The notes: generated from the letters alone by a model not told the origin. A DNA stretch of 64,000 nt from Coriobacteriales bacterium (GCA_051876075.1 JBJEHM010000096.1:45139-109138), one strand, 5' to 3'. Counted from the stretch's first letter, positions 39,474 to 48,408 are shown. Program-made: numbers and translations.

Positions 39474-40898
39474 ATGGGCGGCTTTTTCGGTGCAGCTTCC
39501 AACCGCGATGTCTGCGTGGACGTGTACTTTGGCGTGGACTTCCACTCCCACCTGGGAACAAAGCGCGCGGGCATGATTGCCCACCACCCAGAAGCTGGCT
39601 TCCAGAGGGAGATCCACTCCATCGAGAGCACCCCGTTCCGCACCAAGTTCGAGCCCTTCCTGGACAAGGCCAAGGGCACCACGGTGATCGGCTGCATCTC
39701 CGATGCTGACCCCCAGCCCCTGATGGTCAAGTCGCACCTGGGGCTCTTCGCCCTCACCACCGTGGGCGTCATCAACAACGCGGATGAGATCATCGAGAAG
39801 TACATGGCGGATTGCGGACAGCAGTTCATGGCCATGAGCAACGGCTCTGTGAACCAGACAGAGCTCGTTGCCGCTGTCATCAACAAGGAAGACAGCCTCG
39901 TTGACGGCCTGCGCCATGCCCAAGACATCATCGAGGGCTCGATGACCATGCTCCTCATGACAGACGCGGGAGAGATTTACGCGGCGCGTGACAAATTCGG
40001 CCGCCTTCCCGTGATCATCGGCAAGGATGCAGACGGCTACTGTGTGACCTTCGAGAGCTTTGTCTATGACAAGCTCGGGTATGAAGACGAATACGAGCTG
40101 GGCCCCAAGGAGATCGTGCGCATCACCAAGGACGGATACGAGACGGTCTCCGAGGCAGGCGGGGAGATGAAGATCTGCGCCTTCCTCTGGACCTACTACG
40201 GTTACCCCAACTCGACCTACGAGGGCACCAACGTCGAGGTCATGCGCTACCGTAATGGAGAGATCATGGCACGCGACGAGTTGGAGGATGGCACCCTTCC
40301 CGACGTCGACTATGTGGCAGGCATCCCCGATAGCGGCCTTCCCCATGCGATCGGCTACTCCACGGCCAGCGGCAAGCCCTTTGCCCGCCCCTTCGTCAAG
40401 TACACACCCACATGGAGCCGCAGCTTCATGCCGAGCAACCAGGCGGTGCGCAACCACGTTGCGAAGATGAAGCAGGTCCCCGTTCCCCAGCTCATCGAAG
40501 GCAAAAAGCTCCTCTTCGTCGACGACTCCATCGTCCGCGGCACCCAGATGCGAGAAACCGTTGACTTCCTCTACGAGGCAGGAGCCAAAGAGGTCCACAT
40601 GCGTTCTGCCTGCCCGCCCATCATGTACGGCTGCAAGTACCTCAACTTCTCCTCGAGCAAGAGCGAGATGGAGCTCATCGCCCGCAAGAAGATCGACGAG
40701 CTGGAAGGTGAGGTGGGCCTGGAGCATATCGACGAGTACGCCGATGCTCGCACCGAGCGCGGCCAGTGTCTGCTCAAGAGCATCTGTGAGGAGATGGGCT
40801 TCGACAGCCTGCGCTACCAGAGCCTTGAAGGCCACCTGCAGGCCATCGGCATCGACCCCTCCAAGGTCTGCACCTACTGCTGGAACGGCAAGGAGTAA
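39474..40898 (+). CDS. Amidophosphoribosyltransferase-like protein (PurF paralogue type lacking the N-terminal Cys nucleophile)
   Basis: The C-terminal type-I PRTase motif is LLFVDDSIVRGTQMRETV..L.EAGAKEVHMRSACPPI.YGC.Y. The N-terminal Ntn-fold-like domain begins MGGFFGAAS instead of MCG(I/V)xG. The codons ATG GGC GGC TTT TTC GGT were checked directly in the DNA. Confidence 0.8.
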   Translation: MGGFFGAASNRDVCVDVYFGVDFHSHLGTKRAGMIAHHPEAGFQREIHSIESTPFRTKFEPFLDKAKGTTVIGCISDADPQPLMVKSHLGLFALTTVGVINNADEIIEKYMADCGQQFMAMSNGSVNQTELVAAVINKEDSLVDGLRHAQDIIEGSMTMLLMTDAGEIYAARDKFGRLPVIIGKDADGYCVTFESFVYDKLGYEDEYELGPKEIVRITKDGYETVSEAGGEMKICAFLWTYYGYPNSTYEGTNVEVMRYRNGEIMARDELEDGTLPDVDYVAGIPDSGLPHAIGYSTASGKPFARPFVKYTPTWSRSFMPSNQAVRNHVAKMKQVPVPQLIEGKKLLFVDDSIVRGTQMRETVDFLYEAGAKEVHMRSACPPIMYGCKYLNFSSSKSEMELIARKKIDELEGEVGLEHIDEYADARTERGQCLLKSICEEMGFDSLRYQSLEGHLQAIGIDPSKVCTYCWNGKE

Positions 40899-40909
40899 GC
40901 GCGGGGAGC

Positions 40910-41491
40910 TCACTCGAGGGAAAGCCGCAGGGTCCGGCCGCAACCGCGGGCCAGGAGCTCCACGGTTTCGAGCGTGGGGTTGCCCTTGCCGCCCTCGATG
41001 CGGCTGATAACCGCCTGCTGCACGCCGCAGCGCTCTGCAAGCTGCGCTTGCGTGAGCCCGGCTGCCCTGCGTGCGCGGCTCAGCTGGACTCCCAAGTCCG
41101 AAGGCGAGTCCAGGTCCTCGCTGAGCTTGCAGTTGCGGTAACCCTCCTCGGCAACCTCCTCGAGAAGGAAGTCGTCGCAGCTGCTGCGTCCCCTTGTCGC
41201 CCTGAGCAGGGTGGGGATGTAGTATTCCTCGATGCCGTTGGCGCTCAGCACCTGTCCTATGTTGTGACGGCTTGCAGGCGGCACCCGGCTTTCTACCCAA
41301 CGGCGTGCAGTGGACCCGGTGATGATGCGCTCATCGCGCTGAGCAGCCAAAGCCAGCGCAAGGGGGAGCTCGTCAAAGCCTGCCCACTCTGCCAGCTCGA
41401 TGCTGAAGCTATCCTGTCCAGGTTCGTATTTGACCCAGGCACAGGCACGTCGCTTGCGCACCAGCGGGTTATAGACGGCAAAGACGCGCAT
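40910..41491 (-). CDS. Fusion of a HipS-like N-domain with a C-terminal XRE-family HTH (putative antitoxin/regulator of the upstream HipA-like gene)
   Basis: ATG 41491 follows GGAGGAGG and lies 23 nt inside the upstream gene. The C-terminus LSRARRAAGLTQAQLAERCGVQQAVISRIEGGKGNPTLETVELLARGCG is an unmistakable XRE HTH. The N-terminal ~120 aa (…RRWVESRVPPASRHNIGQVLSANGIEEYYIPTLLRATRGRSSCDDFLLEEV) resemble the N-subdomain of Gram-positive HipA-family proteins. That last assignment comes from memory of the family. Confidence 0.75.
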   Translation of the reverse strand: MRVFAVYNPLVRKRRACAWVKYEPGQDSFSIELAEWAGFDELPLALALAAQRDERIITGSTARRWVESRVPPASRHNIGQVLSANGIEEYYIPTLLRATRGRSSCDDFLLEEVAEEGYRNCKLSEDLDSPSDLGVQLSRARRAAGLTQAQLAERCGVQQAVISRIEGGKGNPTLETVELLARGCGRTLRLSLE

Positions 41492-42284
41492 ACTCCTGCC
41501 ACCTCCTCCAGATGATGTGCCAGCTGCCCTCTTGGAAGTCTGCAGCTTTCGGAGCAACGGCATCGAGTCCCTTCAGGAGCGTGCGCTTTGAAGCAGTCGA
41601 GAGAGGCTTGGGCGCAAAGCCCGCAGGGAGAAGAGAGAGGTTCTCACGCAGGGACGTGCTGCCCAGGTAGTTGCAGGTGGGGAGGTCTGCGAGGGGGTCG
41701 AGTCTCCAGAGCTGGCGCGGAAACGCCGAGCCAAGGCTGAAGCTGCCCCCCGTGAGAGGGGAGAGGCGATACCTTCCCCCTGCCGAGCGCAGCACCTCGA
41801 AGCTCGAGGTATCGCGCCCCCTGTTGGCGGTGAGGTAGTCGAGCACAATGACCTGGGCGACCTGCTCGCCCCACCCCATGCGCAGGCAGAGCTCGAGTGG
41901 CCCTTCGCCGGGGAGGCCGGCAAGCTCGCAGAATTCCTGCAAGGAGAGCGACGTTTCACCTGTGCGCCGATAGCTCTTCGAGCGCAGCACCCAGGTCTCG
42001 ATCTCTGCATCGCCAATGCGCACCAGGGCGCGCAGCAAGCGGCAGTCAGAGGCAGGGAAGCCGAGCTCTTGTGCCAGACGTGTGCAGACCAGCTGGTTGG
42101 CAAGCTCCCATCCGTACACGCCGCTTTTCTCGCTGAATGAGGAGAGCTTGTAATAGACGGCATTCGCCCCCGTCCCCTCGCGCGCCTTGAGCTTGGGGCC
42201 GCCCAGGCCGCTCGGCTGCGAGGACTCGTCCCAACAGAGATAGCGGAGGTCTTGAACGCTGTGCGTGATGTCGTATGCGCGCAT
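41469..42284 (-). CDS. HipA-family kinase-core-like protein with degenerate catalytic motifs (putative pseudokinase or toxin remnant)
   Basis: The landmarks occur in the order seen in HipA_C-type kinases: GLGGPKLK, YYKLSS, WELANQLVCTRLAQELGF, LQEFCELAGL, VLDYLTANRGRDTSSFEVL and LSPLTGGSFSLG. However, the expected N-x-D-x-H-x-x-N-F loop reads NRGRDTSSF, and the later P-x-x-D position reads PLTGG. Confidence 0.7.
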   Translation of the reverse strand: MRAYDITHSVQDLRYLCWDESSQPSGLGGPKLKAREGTGANAVYYKLSSFSEKSGVYGWELANQLVCTRLAQELGFPASDCRLLRALVRIGDAEIETWVLRSKSYRRTGETSLSLQEFCELAGLPGEGPLELCLRMGWGEQVAQVIVLDYLTANRGRDTSSFEVLRSAGGRYRLSPLTGGSFSLGSAFPRQLWRLDPLADLPTCNYLGSTSLRENLSLLPAGFAPKPLSTASKRTLLKGLDAVAPKAADFQEGSWHIIWRRWQEYARLCRL

Positions 42285-42322
42285 GTCTGCGGCTCCAAAC
42301 TCAGTATGTCAGTTGACTCAAG

Positions 42323-42349
42323 TATATGACTTATAAGTCATGTCATATA
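42323..42349. promoter_or_regulatory. Palindromic operator candidate in the hipA-like / leuA divergent region
   Basis: ATGACTTATAAGTCAT (42326-42341) is a perfect 16-bp palindrome. It is nested in a TATATGAC (42323-42330) ... GTCATATA (42342-42349) pair, about 42 nt upstream of the ATG of the HipA-like gene. Confidence 0.6.
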
Positions 42350-42594
42350 AGAGCCATTTGGAGGCGGGAGCCCAAAAGGCTCCTATACTTCTTGTTGAGC
42401 ACCACACCACGAACGTGGCGTTGTCATCTCAAACCCCCGCAAGCTGCTTTCACAAGAGGCGGCGGCGCGGCCTTCCCATAAGGATGGCCTGGCGCTTGGG
42501 CCCAGCAGGTCCAAGCTGGCACGGCTCCCAACATGAGCACGGCCGGGGCGGGTTGGGTGACAACGCCACGTCTGTTAGCGAGAGGGGATCTCCT

Positions 42595-44121
<1,527 letters not shown>

Positions 44122-44239
44122 CGCTGCTCTGGGCTAAGCGATAACCAAGCTGACAGCGGGGTGCGAGACTCGTTCTCGTGCCCCGCCGTGTTTCTGCTAC
44201 TCTTGCAGCTGATGATTCTGCGTGTTCGGAAAGGCTCTC

Positions 44240-45373
44240 ATGGCCCGCAAGACGGTGTTTCCCCATCTTCACATCATCCTCCAGTGCGAGGATTACGGCG
44301 CGCGCCTGTGGCCTATCGCCCGCGAGCAGGAGCCCGCTTGCGCGGCGCCTGTGGAGCCCGGCTCGCAAGAGACGCTCCTGGAAGACACCCTCAAACGCTT
44401 CGCACCCTTCACAGACGCGCCGGTTCACGTCGTCACCACCCCCTCCCTCGCTCCCGTGGTTGAACAGCTCCTCTCGGAACGCTGTGCTCTGAAGGCGGGC
44501 GACTACGAGCTCTTGGTGCAGCCAGTAGGGTGCGGCAGCGCCTTTGCTGTTGCGCTCGCGGCGGCGCGCATTCGCAGGCTTGACCCACAGGCCGTGGTGC
44601 TCGTGTCCCGTACAGACCAGCGCGTCGAGCTTGATGACCGCTGGGAGCACGTTGTCTTCACCGCTTACCAAGTCGCCCTGCAAGACCAGATCGCTGTGCT
44701 CGGCGGAGTGCAGGAAACCAAGTGCGCGGCCTGGACCTACATACGCAAGGGAAAGCCCTTTCCCGGCGTGGCGGACACGTTTCAGGTGAGGCTCTTCACC
44801 GCGGACCAGAACCCGGGTGTTGCCAAGCGCGTGTGCGGGCAGGGGGCGTACTGGTACACTGGCATCCTCGTGGCACGCGCCGCCTTGCTGTTGGGGGACT
44901 TCAAGAATGCTGGAGCCCGTGCGCAAACCAAGGAGAGCTCGGAGTCGCACAGGATCGCAGAGACCGCCAACTTCCTCGCTCAGATCGAGCCCGAGCATTG
45001 GCTCGACAAAGCCGCCCAGGGTCTCGTCGAATCCCTGCCCTCGGTCAGCCTCGAGAAGGCGCTGCTCGAGGTGAGCGGGCGCCTTGTGCTCGTTCCCACG
45101 GGGGTTCGCTTCGATGCGCTCTCGTCTCTGGAAGACATCGACTCCTTGGCCGAGCCAACGAGGGAGGGCAACCGCGTGGTGGGGGAGTCTGTGCTCACTC
45201 GCTGCCGCAACACCACGGTCTATTCGAAGGGCTCTCAGCGCAAGGTCGTCACCTTGGGCCTCAAGGACGTGATGGTTGTCGAGCTCGAGGATATGACCTT
45301 GGTGGTTTCCAAAGACCAGCTCGACAACATGGACGACGCCCGCAGCGATTTCGACACGCTCTGGGGCCAGTAG
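44240..45373 (+). CDS. ManC/CpsB-like sugar-phosphate nucleotidyltransferase with a divergent N-terminal loop
   Basis: ...ARLWPIAR... and the C-terminal left-handed-helix-like segment (...NRVVGESVL.RCRNTTVYS...VVTLGLKDVMVVELEDMTLVVSKD) match mannose-1-phosphate guanylyltransferase-like proteins. The usual GGxGxRLWP loop reads CEDYGARLWP. Confidence 0.65.
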   Translation: MARKTVFPHLHIILQCEDYGARLWPIAREQEPACAAPVEPGSQETLLEDTLKRFAPFTDAPVHVVTTPSLAPVVEQLLSERCALKAGDYELLVQPVGCGSAFAVALAAARIRRLDPQAVVLVSRTDQRVELDDRWEHVVFTAYQVALQDQIAVLGGVQETKCAAWTYIRKGKPFPGVADTFQVRLFTADQNPGVAKRVCGQGAYWYTGILVARAALLLGDFKNAGARAQTKESSESHRIAETANFLAQIEPEHWLDKAAQGLVESLPSVSLEKALLEVSGRLVLVPTGVRFDALSSLEDIDSLAEPTREGNRVVGESVLTRCRNTTVYSKGSQRKVVTLGLKDVMVVELEDMTLVVSKDQLDNMDDARSDFDTLWGQ

Positions 45374-45551
45374 GGAGCACGCTGTTCCACAAAAAACCTG
45401 CCAATCCGTGGATTTGTGGATGAGTGTTCGTTTCCGCAGGTCAAAGCTTTGTTTTGTTTAACAGGAGAAGGGGACGAGCGCTCTGAGGCCGCCGCCGGCG
45501 CTTCTCTTGCGATACCCTTTTGCCTTGAACCGCCCGCAGGAAGAGGGATCT

Positions 45552-46976
45552 ATGCCACAGAACAGCCGCCAGCAGCGCAGCACCTATCACTATCAGGACG
45601 AGTCCCAGCTCGCTCCAAAAGACAGCTTCGAACGCGTCATGCCCCAGAACATCGACGCAGAGAAAGCCGTGCTTGCCGCCATGATGCTTTCTCAAGACAT
45701 CGCAGAGGAAGCGCTGCTCAAGCTTTCTGCAGAAGAGTTCTACCGTCCCTCCCACCAGAAGATCTTCCAGGCCATGGACGACCTCTACAGCCGCTCGTGC
45801 CCCATCGACCAGCTCTCTCTTGCAGACAGGCTCAAGTCGCGCGGCGAACTCGAGGCCGTGGGCGGCCGCGCCTATATCATCGAGCTCGGCAACAACAGCC
45901 TCGCCATCTCCAACTGGTCACACCATGCAGACATCGTCCACCGCGAGGCCATGCTGCGCCAGCTCATCAACGCCTCGGTGCGCATCACCGCCCTTGGCTA
46001 TGATGCCCCAGATGACCTCGACGCGGTGGTTGAGGAGTCGGAGAAGCTTCTCTTCAACGTCACCAACAAGCGCGTTGCCACCAACTTCAAGAAGATAGAC
46101 ACCCTTGTGGTCGAGACCTTCAACGAGCTCCAGGAGCTTGCGCGCAACCAGAACCGATACAACGGCGTCCTCACGGGTTTCAAGGACGTCGACGACATCT
46201 TCGGCGGCTTTCGTCCGGGAGACCTCATCATCCTCGCCGCGCGCCCTGCCGTGGGCAAGACCTCGTTTGCCCTCAACATCGCCAGCAGGGCAGCCCAGCT
46301 GGGGACCGCAGTCGCCTTCTTCAGCTTGGAGATGAGTTCCAGCCAGCTCATCCAGCGCATCCTCTCCACAGAAGCCAAGGTAGAGAGCAAGAAGATGAGA
46401 ACCGGAGGTCTGAACGCCCAGGATTGGCAGCGCCTGGTCACTGCCAGCGATACCCTCTCCAAGCTCGACCTCTGGATAGACGACACCCCCAGTGCCAACA
46501 TCCTCGAGGTTCGGGCCAAGGCTCGCCGTCAGCTGAGGCACGTCGAGCCCGGCCACGGCCTCATTGTGGTCGACTACCTCCAGCTCATGCAGCCCCAGCA
46601 TTCTAGGAGCGAGTCTCGCCAGGTGGAGGTCGCGGAGATTTCCCGCGGTCTCAAGATCCTGGCCAAGGAAATGCAGATGCCCGTCATCGCACTCTCCCAG
46701 CTGTCCCGCGCGGTGGAGTCGAGGCAGGGCAAGCGCCCCATGCTCTCCGACCTCCGCGAGTCCGGCTCCATCGAGCAGGACGCGGACATTGTCATGTTCA
46801 TCGATCGCTCCACAAGCGAGCGGGAGGCAGAGGAAGAAGACCGCCCCCCTCTCGGCACTGCAGACATCATCGTGGCAAAGCACCGCAACGGCGGCACGGG
46901 CGTGGCGCACCTGGCCTTCCAGCCGGACTTCACCCGCTTTGACAACCTGGCCTACTCAAAGGACGACTACCGCTAG
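45552..46976 (+). CDS. dnaB: Replicative DNA helicase
   Basis: ...PQNIDAEKAVLAAMMLS..., Walker A ARPAVGKTSFALNIA, ...FSLEMS..QL..R..., ...VVDYLQLM... and ...LSQLSRAVE.R......SDLRESGSIEQDAD are all present. Confidence 0.95.
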   Translation: MPQNSRQQRSTYHYQDESQLAPKDSFERVMPQNIDAEKAVLAAMMLSQDIAEEALLKLSAEEFYRPSHQKIFQAMDDLYSRSCPIDQLSLADRLKSRGELEAVGGRAYIIELGNNSLAISNWSHHADIVHREAMLRQLINASVRITALGYDAPDDLDAVVEESEKLLFNVTNKRVATNFKKIDTLVVETFNELQELARNQNRYNGVLTGFKDVDDIFGGFRPGDLIILAARPAVGKTSFALNIASRAAQLGTAVAFFSLEMSSSQLIQRILSTEAKVESKKMRTGGLNAQDWQRLVTASDTLSKLDLWIDDTPSANILEVRAKARRQLRHVEPGHGLIVVDYLQLMQPQHSRSESRQVEVAEISRGLKILAKEMQMPVIALSQLSRAVESRQGKRPMLSDLRESGSIEQDADIVMFIDRSTSEREAEEEDRPPLGTADIIVAKHRNGGTGVAHLAFQPDFTRFDNLAYSKDDYR

Positions 46977-47035
46977 GCCCATACAACGGCGTTCCCAAAG
47001 TTACATCATCTTATGGATTGCCTCCTTGTTGCAAG

Positions 47036-47068
47036 ACCGCAGTTCCACCGTGAGCTGCGGTTTTCTTA
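47036..47068 (+). terminator. Rho-independent terminator after dnaB
   Basis: ACCGCAG / CTGCGGT stem followed by TTTTCTTATT. Confidence 0.7.
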
Positions 47069-47139
47069 TTGGGGCGGACGCACATCCAGATATCGCTCTG
47101 TGGAAAGTAGGCAATCTGTTCTGAATCTGCTCTGAAACA

Positions 47140-47183
47140 GCTCGTACTTTGCTCGTACTTTGCTCGTGTTTTGCTCGTGTTTT
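47140..47183. repeat. Four tandem 11-bp repeats (2x GCTCGTACTTT, 2x GCTCGTGTTTT)
   Basis: Read directly from the sequence. The four units are exactly contiguous with helical-turn periodicity, about 77 nt upstream of the M23 peptidase start codon. Confidence 0.9.
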
Positions 47184-47259
47184 GGTCTGACAGTTGGATA
47201 GATTTGCCTGCAATCATGTGTGCCGTTGGAATCCCGTGGCTAGAGCGAGGAGGATCCAT

Positions 47260-48408
47260 ATGCATGCTGGCAAGGATGGCATCGAGGCTGCCCCAGCTGC
47301 CGCCGCCTGCAAAGGCGCCGGGCCCCGATCCAGGCACGCGGTGCTTGGCAAGGTGGCTGTTGCGGCATCCCTTGTTTGCTTTGCGATTTGCCCTCCCTCC
47401 TTCGTGTGTGACTCACCTGTCCTCGGCTTCGCTTGCGCAGCAACATGGCCGCTCGGCTCGCCACGGGATTCCCTGATGCTCGACTACCAGACTGCGTATT
47501 CGTATCAGGGCCGCATCTGCACTCACCGAGGCATCGATATCGCCGCTGCTGCTGGCTCGACTGTCTGCGCCCCGTGCAACGGCAGCATCGTTTTCTGCGG
47601 GGATGTCCCCGCTGCTCAGGTTGATGGCGGAGGAGACGACGGCACCACGATGACGGCCGTGTCCATCGAGCTTGAGGATGGGCGTCGCCTGACGCTCATG
47701 CCCTTTGCCGCCGTTGCCGTGTCCCCTGGGGAGCTTGTCTCAGAGGGACAGAGCCTTGGCTCGCTTGCCGCGGGTGGAGACCGCTCCTCCCAGAAAACCC
47801 ACCTGCACATGGGGCTCAAGCGTCAAGGGGTTTACTGCAACCCGCTCCTCCTTTTCGACGCTGTGCCTGCTGGAGGAGCTGTTGCTCAACAGAGCGAGAG
47901 CTCCAGTGCGGGGGCAAGCGGCGCCTCTCCTCTCCCGTCCACGCCTCTCGAGGCTCCTGTGCAGGAGCTTCAGCCAGTTCAGGCTCAGCCAGCGCAAAGT
48001 GCCCCGGTGTTCGGGACGGTGAGTTCTGGGCAGCTCGAGTATCGCCCTGAAGGCCAGGAAGAGGCTCCTCTCCCGATTGCAGCGCTCTCAGCTGCTGCCG
48101 GGCCCGTTGCCGCAGCTTGTAGTGCGCAGATGCAGGGCCTCGTGCAGGGCTTGCAGGAGCTTTCCGCTGTGAGCGGCATCCCCTTCTTCGCACTTGTCTT
48201 CGCAAGCACTGCGCTGGTCGTGGGCGTGCTTGCCGCCACCGCCCTCCACATCATGCACCTCCGCGAGGAGCGCGCCTCCTCGTTGAATGGGAAGTCGATT
48301 GAAAACGCACCCTTGTGCGTGCGTGTTGGGGGTGATAACATGCACAAGTTATTTCCTGCTCCGGGCACATCCTTCATAACCCGGGGCCGTTCAGCCCAGA
48401 GGAGGTGA
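47260..48408 (+). CDS. M23-family (LytM-type) peptidoglycan metallopeptidase, membrane-anchored at both ends
   Basis: The M23 motifs are HRGIDIAA..GS.V.AP..G and ...KTHLHMGL. ATG 47260 follows GAGGAGGA. It has an N-terminal signal/TM segment and a C-terminal TM segment (IPFFALVFASTALVVGVLAATAL). Confidence 0.85.
   Translation: MHAGKDGIEAAPAAAACKGAGPRSRHAVLGKVAVAASLVCFAICPPSFVCDSPVLGFACAATWPLGSPRDSLMLDYQTAYSYQGRICTHRGIDIAAAAGSTVCAPCNGSIVFCGDVPAAQVDGGGDDGTTMTAVSIELEDGRRLTLMPFAAVAVSPGELVSEGQSLGSLAAGGDRSSQKTHLHMGLKRQGVYCNPLLLFDAVPAGGAVAQQSESSSAGASGASPLPSTPLEAPVQELQPVQAQPAQSAPVFGTVSSGQLEYRPEGQEEAPLPIAALSAAAGPVAAACSAQMQGLVQGLQELSAVSGIPFFALVFASTALVVGVLAATALHIMHLREERASSLNGKSIENAPLCVRVGGDNMHKLFPAPGTSFITRGRSAQRR

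Noticed and set aside
37476-41300. 1274-aa minus-strand ORF
   Set aside because: It lies antisense to serA and the PurF-like gene and even runs into the HTH gene region. The composition is low-complexity, and the + strand genes are clearly real.
42340-42594. N-terminal extension of leuA containing ...APILLVEHH..., considered as a BCAA-rich leader peptide
   Set aside because: The frame has no stop codon before leuA, so it cannot be a discrete attenuator peptide. Canonical LeuA starts at [17 protein letters not shown] (42595) with its own RBS. The ILLV run is probably a coincidence.
47140-47183. CRISPR array
   Set aside because: The only tandem repeats in the window are 11-bp units with no spacers (47140-47183) and a 21-bp duplication (26031-26072). 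Neither has CRISPR repeat-spacer architecture, and no cas genes are present.
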